In this document: piece after piece, positions 1 through 7,685 of the stretch | How positions within the stretch are numbered: position 1 is the stretch's first letter | Layout of the letters: every line of letters begins with the position of its first letter | Source of the DNA: an uncultured virus (IMG/VR IMGVR_UViG_3300046462_000389) | Taxonomy: Duplodnaviria > Heunggongvirae > Uroviricota > Caudoviricetes | DNA length: 20,000 nt | Virus record (IMG/VR): IMGVR_UViG_3300046462_000389 | Direction: 5' to 3' (one strand) | Program-made: the position numbers and the translations under genes | Notes under the pieces: generated by a model | Seen by the model: the letters and a program-made list of their open reading frames with translations, nothing else | What the model was told of the DNA's origin: nothing | The model's database searches: none

Positions 1-1
1 T

Positions 2-14
2 CAGGGAGAATGAG
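2..14 (+). promoter_or_regulatory. Start-associated 13-mer CAGGGAGAATGAG, copy 1
   Basis: Identical to 4912-4924; both copies end exactly 3 nt before ATGGA. Confidence 0.55.
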
Positions 15-17
15 CAC

Positions 18-2768
18 ATGGATGCTGCCCAGTGGGTCTACGACACCGTCGCCAAGATGGACCCGGACGAGGCACGGATGTTCGCTCTGTTCGTGGCCGA
101 CGATCTACACATCAACGAGATCGCCAACAACCAACGGGCACTGTCAGCAGAGTACGACCGAGTCCAGAAGTCGATCTCGGACGATCTCGCTCCCTACTTC
201 CTGCGCGAGCTGAACAAGGGTGCTGACCCCGAGGTCCTGGTGGCTCAGGCGGCAGCAGTCGCGGTGGCCAAGTCCAACTTCACCAACGACTGGTACATGT
301 ACCAGCAGCGTGACCATGGCAAGTTCGGTCGGATGACTCGTGGTCAGTACAAGGCTCAGGCCGAGCAGATCAAGGCTGGACAGAAGTCCGACTACGAGGA
401 CCTGAAGGCTCTGAAGCGAGGTTACGTGGCGCGTGGTGGTCGGGCCACTGCCCATATGGCCGACACCCTGCACCAGCCTGTCCGTGACTTCGAGTCCCGA
501 TTCAACGAGCGCCCGAGCAATGAGAGCCAGGCCACCGACACGATGCGCCGGATGGGTGCCACCGGGAACCTGGTCTCGTCCCTGGGAATAGCTACCGGCA
601 AGCCCAGTGTGGTGGCTGCTGGTCAGTTGGCCAGCATCGCCGGTATGTACGGGCCAGAGGCCGAGAAGGTGATCGGCCCCTCGATGAGGAAGACGGCTTA
701 CCGCTACCGAGGGACCGAACGCACTCCGGACAAGAATCTGCAGGCCTACCAGAAGCACGCCGCCGCCCAGTTGAACCGGAACGAGGGGCGTCCAGCCAGC
801 ACCCCGCTGAAGCCCAACGAGAAGGTCTACGCCTCGCATCAGGCGGCGGTCAACTACATGCTCGGACTCGGCACTCAGAACGGTGAGCCAGCCCGGTCCC
901 GGGTGCCCAGCGCCAAGATGGCCAACCTGCACCGTCAGGCGGGTCGGGTCACTCCGTCCGAGGGCATCATGATTGACGCCGAAGGCAACACGATTGCCCA
1001 GGCGGTCGGGTTCGGAGAAGATCACTACCTGCCATTCAACCTGAAGAATCTGGGTGGTCTGAAGGGCGGCTCCTACGTCCGCACCCGGGAGTCCGGTGGG
1101 CTGACCTCAGAAGACATCTACGCTGGTCTGCTCTCCGGTGCCCGCTCGGTCTCGGTGGTCTCCAACTCCGGGGTGTTCACCCTGCACTTCGACGACGACC
1201 TGCGTGGTGGTCGGCGCTACAACGACAAGGCCAAGCAGATGGTCGGTCGTTACGAGCACCTGCTGGACGCCGTCAAGTCAGAGAACGTGAAGAACCCAGA
1301 GCGGATGATGTCGCCTGAGACGAAGGCCCGGATTCGGCAGGAGACCGAGGACGAGTTCGCCGCACTGGATCTGCACCCGTCCAAGCAGGAAATGGAAGGC
1401 TACGTCGAGCAGGCCATCACTGAGGCAGCCAAGAAGCCACAACTGACTCCGGAGCAGAAGACCAAGCTCGACAAAGACGTGGCTGACATCACCCAGCACG
1501 AGGGCGAGGCTGCTGCTCGCCGGTTCAAGTACGAGAAGGAAGACGAGCTGCTGACCGACAACGCCGGGCAGAACTACCGGCTGGACGGTGAGGGCTACCA
1601 GGCGGCGATGCAGGCTCTGAAGGAGCAGTTCCCGTACTACATCGACGACGTGGAGTCGACCACCAGGAACAAGGTGCTGAACTCTGCCTCTGGCATCCCG
1701 GGCAGCCGGTTCCACGCCAAGCCTGATCAGGGCTATGTGAAGCCCCGGTATAACCGTCCCGAGGGTGCTCGGGCGGGCTACTTCGACACCACCATCACTG
1801 GCGAGGGCAAGCGCGGGGCTGACAAGACCAACTACCAGAACTGGCGGGCACGAGGTCCCGAGCGGAAGACGAGCGAGGGGGATACCGCGACCACTCCGGC
1901 AACCACTCCAGCCAGTAGTCCCCGGGAGCAGGCCCGCCAGATCCAGGACCGCCAGCGAGACGCTGACAAGCAGGACCGGCTGAAGACAGCCACCAAGCAC
2001 GATGCCAATCTGTGGTTGCAGACCCATGAGGCGGTCAAGGCGACCAACAACGCCGGGGTGATCTCCTCGATCCGGCATCCGTTGATGGACCGCTATCGGG
2101 GGATGAGCGAGGCCGAACGGGAGTCTTTCCTGGACTCTGACGAAGCACCCAAGCTACGGGGTGAGATCAAGACTCTGCTGGATGCCCACGGTGGCACGCT
2201 GCGGGCCAAGAACCCTGGTTTCAGCGCTGATGACTTCGACGAGATCGGGCTGGTCGAGCGTCAGACGGCCAAGCCGAAGTGGGATGACAGCAAGCTTGCC
2301 AGCCACACTGCGCCAGAGTCTCCGATGGGTCTGGACACCGATCAGCTGAAGACAGTCGCCGGGGACAAGGATCTGCTGGAGCTCTCGGCCAAGAGCGACG
2401 AAGAGCTGAAGACGATGTCCAACCAGGCCCGGACCAACCGTCGTCAGGCTGACATTCGGATGAACGGCCCTCACGTCAAGCAGTACGACGCAGAGGTGAA
2501 GCGGATCGAGCAGGCTCGGGCGTTGAAGGTGTCCCGGCCTCCGGAGCCGAAGACCGCTGTGGAGACCAAGCCCGCCACCACTGCGGTGGATACCAAGCCA
2601 GACGCGCACGCCGCCTTTGAGAACGAGGTCAAGCGAGCCAACTCGATCTCTGACCGGTTTGACCGGGCAGAGGCTCTGGACCGACTTCAAGAAGATGAGC
2701 ATGGTCTGTTCAGCGGGGTGCCGAATGATGAGAAGGAAGCTGTCCTCCAGCGTCACCGGAGGAACTAG
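18..2768 (+). CDS. Large putative internal/minor head protein (916 aa) with a degenerate JAB/MPN-like domain and candidate protease-processing sites
   Basis: Long ORF with GC-rich third positions; GGGAG 9 nt before the ATG; stop TAG abuts the next ATG. Contains VAKS followed by QQRDHGKF (264-326), and EGIMIDAEG...YVRTRESGGLTSED...VSVVSNSGVFTLHF (960-1190), which resembles the JAB fold. Function is inferred from position in the head module. Confidence 0.6.
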   Translation: MDAAQWVYDTVAKMDPDEARMFALFVADDLHINEIANNQRALSAEYDRVQKSISDDLAPYFLRELNKGADPEVLVAQAAAVAVAKSNFTNDWYMYQQRDHGKFGRMTRGQYKAQAEQIKAGQKSDYEDLKALKRGYVARGGRATAHMADTLHQPVRDFESRFNERPSNESQATDTMRRMGATGNLVSSLGIATGKPSVVAAGQLASIAGMYGPEAEKVIGPSMRKTAYRYRGTERTPDKNLQAYQKHAAAQLNRNEGRPASTPLKPNEKVYASHQAAVNYMLGLGTQNGEPARSRVPSAKMANLHRQAGRVTPSEGIMIDAEGNTIAQAVGFGEDHYLPFNLKNLGGLKGGSYVRTRESGGLTSEDIYAGLLSGARSVSVVSNSGVFTLHFDDDLRGGRRYNDKAKQMVGRYEHLLDAVKSENVKNPERMMSPETKARIRQETEDEFAALDLHPSKQEMEGYVEQAITEAAKKPQLTPEQKTKLDKDVADITQHEGEAAARRFKYEKEDELLTDNAGQNYRLDGEGYQAAMQALKEQFPYYIDDVESTTRNKVLNSASGIPGSRFHAKPDQGYVKPRYNRPEGARAGYFDTTITGEGKRGADKTNYQNWRARGPERKTSEGDTATTPATTPASSPREQARQIQDRQRDADKQDRLKTATKHDANLWLQTHEAVKATNNAGVISSIRHPLMDRYRGMSEAERESFLDSDEAPKLRGEIKTLLDAHGGTLRAKNPGFSADDFDEIGLVERQTAKPKWDDSKLASHTAPESPMGLDTDQLKTVAGDKDLLELSAKSDEELKTMSNQARTNRRQADIRMNGPHVKQYDAEVKRIEQARALKVSRPPEPKTAVETKPATTAVDTKPDAHAAFENEVKRANSISDRFDRAEALDRLQEDEHGLFSGVPNDEKEAVLQRHRRN

Positions 2769-4910
2769 ATGACGGTCCAACTGGACGAGACCAACCACGT
2801 CATCTGGCCAGATGACCTGACTCCGGATGAGACCAACCAGATCAACGCGGTTGCTGCCATGCCGGATCAGACCGGCAGAACACTGCCCAAGGCGGCAGCT
2901 GCCATCGGGGGTGCTTTCCTGGTCTACCAGGCCTACATGAAGCATCGGCTGAGCAAGCAGTTGAAGGGTGCCGAGGACCTACCACCCCAGCAGTACGCGG
3001 CGGTCATCCAGCAGACCTTCAACACTTTCATGCCTGCCTGGACCTACATGGTCACCCCGGCCATCTTCAGCTCCTACCTGTCCGGAGTGGAGATGGCCGA
3101 ACAGTCGATCGCCTCTCAACAGCTGCGGGATCTAGCCCTGCGCTACTCCTGGGGCCTGGGTGAGTACCTGAACAACAGGAGTATCGACGCTGCCATCCGG
3201 GGCTATCAGGCTCAGCTGAACCGGAACATCAACGGCAAGATCGCCCTGGCCAACATCATTGATGCCTTCGCCGTGCCGGTTCCGGGGGTCAGGAGCCTGG
3301 TCACCCTGTGGACCGGGCGTGCGGAGGCGAAGGTTTCTGAGGCTGCGCTGCCCTCGGTGAAGAAGGCCAGGATCAACCGGCAGATCGTTGCCCAGCTGCA
3401 CCAGCGGGCAGAGCTGATCGGTGACCAGGAGAGCTTCAGCGCCCAGTCCACCGGCAAGCAACTGGCCTGGTCCTACGCTCAGCAGATCGGTCTGATCCCG
3501 GAGAACGCCACCCGGGTCTGGGAGACCGCAGACGATGAGCGTGTCTGCCCTGAGTGTGGCCCGCTGAACGGTATGGAGATGCCGGTCAATCAGCCCTTTG
3601 AGATCAACAAGAAGAAGTTCTGGTCACCCCCGCTACACGTCAACTGCAGGTGCAACGCCCGGTTGAAGTCTCACTTGGCTAGTGAGCTCGGCCAGCAGCT
3701 GTACCACCAGCTGCAGGATGCCAACGTCACCAAAGCCGACTGGGATGCTCGTGAGCACCCACGGGATACGAGCACTGGTCAGTTCTCCCGGGCTCATCAC
3801 GGCTCTTTGCAGCGACTTCGTCAGATGGACAGACCCACGGTCTTTGCTGAGCCAGAGCCCGACATCAGCACCCTGGCGAACGAGGCACTGCTGCGTGAGG
3901 CGACGGTGGCACCGGAGAAGCCGAAGCTCAATCTGAACATCTTCGACACACCACAGACGGGTGAGGGCAAACCGAACCTGAATGTTGCCGCTCTCGATCT
4001 GGCCATCGACGTGCCGAAGGGTCCGGAGCTGGCGGTCGGGCCGACGCTGGACATTGCACCAGATTTGGCTCTCGGGATGGATCTGGACATCGGTCCGACT
4101 CTCGGCGGCAAACGCCCGAACATGCACCTGAAGCCGATCACCTCGATCACTCCTCCAGAGACCAGGAAACGGAAGCAACAGCACTCCTACTCACCCCTGC
4201 CTCAGCCGGTGTACGCCATCTACAACGAGGACTCGCCAAGTTTCGGACCATGGGGCAGACCGGATGTGGGGGATGCCATGGAAGTCACCAACGTGCACTT
4301 CACCTCCGATCCCTACAAGGTGCAGCGCTGGGCCGAGGACTATCGCCGGGAGAAGCTGGCCGATGCCAAGGATGTCTTCCGGGAGTGGAGTGATGTGCCC
4401 GGTGCCATCTCACTTCCCGCCCAGCAGTACGGTCGTGATGCCAACTACATCCTGAGCGACCATGACATCGACAACGCGGTGGCCTGGTACGAGCGAGCCG
4501 AGGCACGCGTCGAGAATGGTGATGACTACGACGAGGTGCCGGATGACTTCGCTCAGGTTCGGATCTACGATCCGAGTGAGCCGACGACCAGAACGACCAG
4601 TCGTTGGGGGTTCCCGGTGGAGCATCACGGCGGGCTGGGCACCGACGAAATCACCTACCGTCAGATAGTCGAGCTGTTGCATCTGGATGAAGTAGTCGCC
4701 GCGATGGAGCCTCGTCTGGTTCGGGTGGAGGACGCTCGTGACGACGCTGACGTGCACTACGACTCCGATGCTGATTCCACCGAGGCGCTCCTTCGGGACG
4801 ACTACAGGATCGAAATGAAGTGGCGGGAGATCAGTTTGGCTGGGCAGAAGTTCTTGACGATGTATCTCGCGCCGATGCCAGACAGCAAGCAGATGGATGT
4901 CGAGGACTGA
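2769..4910 (+). CDS. MuF-like (SPP1 gp7 / Mu gpF family) minor head protein with a C-terminal extension (713 aa)
   Basis: MuF signature WETADDERVCPECGPLNG (from 3519) ... PPLHVNCRC (3627-3653), then VTKA-DWDAREHPRDTSTGQF, a hexapeptide-repeat linker and an acidic C-terminal domain. Confidence 0.85.
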   Translation: MTVQLDETNHVIWPDDLTPDETNQINAVAAMPDQTGRTLPKAAAAIGGAFLVYQAYMKHRLSKQLKGAEDLPPQQYAAVIQQTFNTFMPAWTYMVTPAIFSSYLSGVEMAEQSIASQQLRDLALRYSWGLGEYLNNRSIDAAIRGYQAQLNRNINGKIALANIIDAFAVPVPGVRSLVTLWTGRAEAKVSEAALPSVKKARINRQIVAQLHQRAELIGDQESFSAQSTGKQLAWSYAQQIGLIPENATRVWETADDERVCPECGPLNGMEMPVNQPFEINKKKFWSPPLHVNCRCNARLKSHLASELGQQLYHQLQDANVTKADWDAREHPRDTSTGQFSRAHHGSLQRLRQMDRPTVFAEPEPDISTLANEALLREATVAPEKPKLNLNIFDTPQTGEGKPNLNVAALDLAIDVPKGPELAVGPTLDIAPDLALGMDLDIGPTLGGKRPNMHLKPITSITPPETRKRKQQHSYSPLPQPVYAIYNEDSPSFGPWGRPDVGDAMEVTNVHFTSDPYKVQRWAEDYRREKLADAKDVFREWSDVPGAISLPAQQYGRDANYILSDHDIDNAVAWYERAEARVENGDDYDEVPDDFAQVRIYDPSEPTTRTTSRWGFPVEHHGGLGTDEITYRQIVELLHLDEVVAAMEPRLVRVEDARDDADVHYDSDADSTEALLRDDYRIEMKWREISLAGQKFLTMYLAPMPDSKQMDVED

Positions 4911-4911
4911 A

Positions 4912-4924
4912 CAGGGAGAATGAG
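4912..4924 (+). promoter_or_regulatory. Start-associated 13-mer CAGGGAGAATGAG, copy 2
   Basis: Fills most of the 17-nt gap between the MuF stop and the protease ATG; identical to 2-14. Confidence 0.55.
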
Positions 4925-4927
4925 GCC

Positions 4928-5785
4928 ATGGACGTTGTCAGCGCGCTGAGGCAGCACAGCGAGGCCGGTGCTGCCATCGTCGACCTGCTCTACGGGGAGA
5001 TGGGCTCTGAGGTCTCCAAGGCGCTGATCGAGTTCGGCAAGGCTGCACCACCTACTGCCACACCTCAGACTGACCTGCGTAAGCGGAGGATGACTGCGGC
5101 GCTGAGCACAGTTGGTGCTGCTGCTGGTGCTGGTGGGCTGGCGCTGTCGGGCAAGAAGTTCGGGGGTGCAGCCAGGGCTGCCTACAAGGCGGCACCCACC
5201 TTGCGGAAGCTGCCTCGTCTCGGCCATGCCATCTCCCAGGGTGTCAAGCACGAAGGCGGCTCAGCGGCGCTCTTCCCACTGGAGGTCGCCGGTCTGGGTG
5301 GTGAGATCTCAGCCACCAAGATCCTGCATGGCGACACCCAGCAGAAGAAGCAGCAGCAGCCGATGGCCAAGTCGGTGGACGAGGTCGGCATCTACGCCGA
5401 GATCTCCAAGGTCGACACCGACAAGCGACAGATCTTCGGCTGGGCCAGCGTGACCAGCGTCAACGGTCAGCCAGTGGTCGACCTGCAGGACGACGTGCTG
5501 GACCTGGAGGAGATCGAGAAGGCTGCCTACTCCTTCGTGCAGAAGTCCCGGATCGGGGGGAACATGCACCAGAAGGAGGAGACCGGTCCGATCCACGTCT
5601 CCGACATGATCGAGTCGATGGTCATCACGCCGGAGAAGAAGAAGGCGATGGGTCTGCCGGACGAGGTCCCGGAGGGCTGGTGGGTCGGTTTCAAGGTGAA
5701 CGACGACCAGACCTGGGCGGACGCCAAGACGGGCAAGCTGGCCGGGCTGAGCATCCATGGTTCTGGACGAAGGGTGCCGGTCTGA
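4928..5785 (+). CDS. Capsid maturation (prohead) protease, XkdF-like, with a ~148-aa N-terminal extension (285 aa)
   Basis: C-terminal domain ISKVDTDKRQIFGWASV...VVDLQDD...EEIEKAAYSF...NMH...IESMV...PEGWWVGFKVNDDQTW...GKLAGLSIHG matches the XkdF-type phage serine protease pattern (candidate His at 5567, Ser at 5750). Start moved from 4820 to ATG 4928, which follows GGGAG and avoids overlap with MuF. Confidence 0.85.
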   Translation: MDVVSALRQHSEAGAAIVDLLYGEMGSEVSKALIEFGKAAPPTATPQTDLRKRRMTAALSTVGAAAGAGGLALSGKKFGGAARAAYKAAPTLRKLPRLGHAISQGVKHEGGSAALFPLEVAGLGGEISATKILHGDTQQKKQQQPMAKSVDEVGIYAEISKVDTDKRQIFGWASVTSVNGQPVVDLQDDVLDLEEIEKAAYSFVQKSRIGGNMHQKEETGPIHVSDMIESMVITPEKKKAMGLPDEVPEGWWVGFKVNDDQTWADAKTGKLAGLSIHGSGRRVPV

Positions 5786-6807
5786 TGGCCTCGTTGACCA
5801 CGCTGAACCACGCCAACAACGCGCTGCAGCAGAATGTCGACTTCAAGGGCACGAAGCCAGCTCTGAAGAAGGGCTCTCCAGCTGCCAAGGTGGCCCAGGG
5901 CAGCAACCAGATCTACCGGCAGACGTTCGGTAAGACCTCTGAAGCTCAGCTACGACATCAGAAGAAGATCAGTGCCAACACCACCATGGTGACCTCGACT
6001 CTTGGTCTGGGGGCAGCCGGTGCTGCTGCTGGTGGTGCGTTGACCAGGAAGGTCGGCGCAGTCAAAGGCAGTCTGAAGTTGATGCGGGCGGGCCGCAACC
6101 TGACCAAGGTGGGTGTCCCGGTCTCGCTGACCGCTGGTGCCATCTCCGGTGCCTCGGGTTACAACAACGCCTCGATCCAGCGAGCCGAGGCGCGTCGCCG
6201 TAACCAGACCACACTGATCAAGGCCTACGACCCGGAGTACAACCGGCAGCGCCGGAACAAGGTCGAGTCGGTGGCTGCGGCCACGGGTGGGGCCGGTGCG
6301 CTCGGTGGCGCTGGTTACCTCGGCCAGCGAGCTCTGCGTCATGACACCAAGAACCTGCACCAGGCCCAGGCACACCAGGTAGGGGAGCAGGAGCAGGTCA
6401 ATCGGGTGACCGGTGAGCACAACATGTGGAAGAACCGTCTGGCCGGTGCCAATGCTGAGCATCGCAGATTGCACGCTGTCCGGACACAGATGGATGTCGG
6501 GAACAAGTTCAGTCCCGCCGACAAGCGAGCGCGAACTGGTCAGATCAATGCGCACCTGAAGTACCGGGACGTGGTGGTCAACAACATCAAGGAGACGGAG
6601 AAGCTGATCGGTCAGCACAAGGGCCGAGTCGGAGAAGCTGCCAGGGCGGTGAGTGGTCTCCGCAAGGTACGCAGGGTGCGGGGGGTCAAGGCTGGTGCGC
6701 TCGGTCTGGCCGGTGCCGGAGCCCTTGGTGGAGCGGCTTATCTACACCGGAAGCCCAGCACCAACAGCTGGGCCAGCTACTCTCCCCGCTATCGCCCGCA
6801 GTCCTGA
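5785..6807 (+). CDS. Basic, Gly/Ala-rich protein with four glycine-zipper-like segments; putative internal virion protein (340 aa)
   Basis: TGATG overlap with the protease stop supports ATG 5785. Segments LGLGAAGAAAGGAL, VGVPVSLTAGAISGASGY, AAATGGAGALGGAGYLG and AGALGLAGAGALGGAAYL. Located between protease and scaffold. Confidence 0.6.
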   Translation: MASLTTLNHANNALQQNVDFKGTKPALKKGSPAAKVAQGSNQIYRQTFGKTSEAQLRHQKKISANTTMVTSTLGLGAAGAAAGGALTRKVGAVKGSLKLMRAGRNLTKVGVPVSLTAGAISGASGYNNASIQRAEARRRNQTTLIKAYDPEYNRQRRNKVESVAAATGGAGALGGAGYLGQRALRHDTKNLHQAQAHQVGEQEQVNRVTGEHNMWKNRLAGANAEHRRLHAVRTQMDVGNKFSPADKRARTGQINAHLKYRDVVVNNIKETEKLIGQHKGRVGEAARAVSGLRKVRRVRGVKAGALGLAGAGALGGAAYLHRKPSTNSWASYSPRYRPQS

Positions 6808-6843
6808 ACCCAGGTTGCGGCCTTGACCATAATTGGTGGTGAC
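6808..6843 (+). promoter_or_regulatory. Possible promoter upstream of the scaffold-decoration-capsid block
   Basis: AT-rich CATAAT (6828-6833), a near-consensus -10 hexamer, in an intergenic gap of a GC-rich genome; no convincing -35 at canonical spacing. Confidence 0.3.
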
Positions 6844-7662
6844 ATGCCGAACAAACTGAGCGATCTGGAAGTCGACGAGATCTCCCTGGTGTACAAGGGA
6901 GCGAACCAGCATTCCAGAGTCGCCATTGCCAAGTCTCTCGACGGTCAGCAGGAGGAAACCGTGGAAATCTTCGACCAGGACGGAAACCCGGTTGATCCCA
7001 ACGCTCTAGAGCTGGGGGACGTGGTCTTCGACGCTCAAGGTGAGGCCTACCAGTTCTCGGATGATGACGAGGACGACGAGGCCGAGGAGTACGAGGATCA
7101 GCCTGAGCTGACTGGGGTAGGCAAGTCGGCCTTCACCACTCAGAAGCAGGGTGTGGCCAAGAGCGCCACCGGCTTCGCGGACGACTTCCGGGTCCAGCTC
7201 TCCAAGGCACTCACTGACTCCGCTCGGGACGAGGTTTTCGCCAAGGCTGTCGACTACGTCAGCTACCTGGAGAAGATCGCCATGGGTGCTGAAGAGGTTG
7301 CCAAGGCTGAGCGCGACACCCGTCGCCGGAGTGAGTACCTGGAGATCGCCAAGTCCTACTCGCTGCCGGTTCACGACAACGACCTGGCCGACGCCATGAT
7401 GGCGATCGAGGACAATGTCGCTCCGGAGTACGTCGAGGTCATCGCCAAGTGCCTCGCGGCTGCTTCTGACGTGATGTTCGACGAGCTCGGCAGCAAGGGT
7501 GGTGGCACCAGCTCCTACCTGATCGACCAGATCGAGAGCTACGCCAACAACCAGGTCACCAAGAGTGACACCAGCAAGGCTGAGTTGATCGCCAAGTCAT
7601 TCGCGGACGATCCCTCTCTGTACGACCGGTACCTCGACGAGTCCGGTCCCTACAACCGCTGA
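6844..7662 (+). CDS. Capsid scaffolding protein (272 aa) with an N-terminal EISLVxxGAN protease-fold strand
   Basis: Acidic, likely helical protein upstream of the decoration and capsid genes, with about ten hydrophobic-small-K-(S/A/C) motifs. Begins MPNKLSDLEVDEISLVYKGAN. ATG 6844 preferred over TTG 6823. Confidence 0.7.
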   Translation: MPNKLSDLEVDEISLVYKGANQHSRVAIAKSLDGQQEETVEIFDQDGNPVDPNALELGDVVFDAQGEAYQFSDDDEDDEAEEYEDQPELTGVGKSAFTTQKQGVAKSATGFADDFRVQLSKALTDSARDEVFAKAVDYVSYLEKIAMGAEEVAKAERDTRRRSEYLEIAKSYSLPVHDNDLADAMMAIEDNVAPEYVEVIAKCLAAASDVMFDELGSKGGGTSSYLIDQIESYANNQVTKSDTSKAELIAKSFADDPSLYDRYLDESGPYNR

Positions 7663-7685
7663 AACCCCGAGGAGGGTAGACCAAC

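Noticed and set aside
10..213. 67-aa ORF starting at the ATG inside the 13-mer motif
   Set aside because: SD-like site is too close, the product looks like an off-frame shadow, and the equivalent ATG at 4920 gives only 9 codons.
4820..4927. Upstream extensions in the ORF track (4820 protease, 5680, 6823 scaffold, 12846 chaperone)
   Set aside because: Better starts exist (ATG 4928, coupled ATG 5785, ATG 6844), and 12846..13409 is explained by the frameshift.
4910..4928. Immunity gene after the MuF extension (classic MuF toxin-immunity pair)
   Set aside because: Only 17 nt separate MuF from the protease gene, so there is no room for one.
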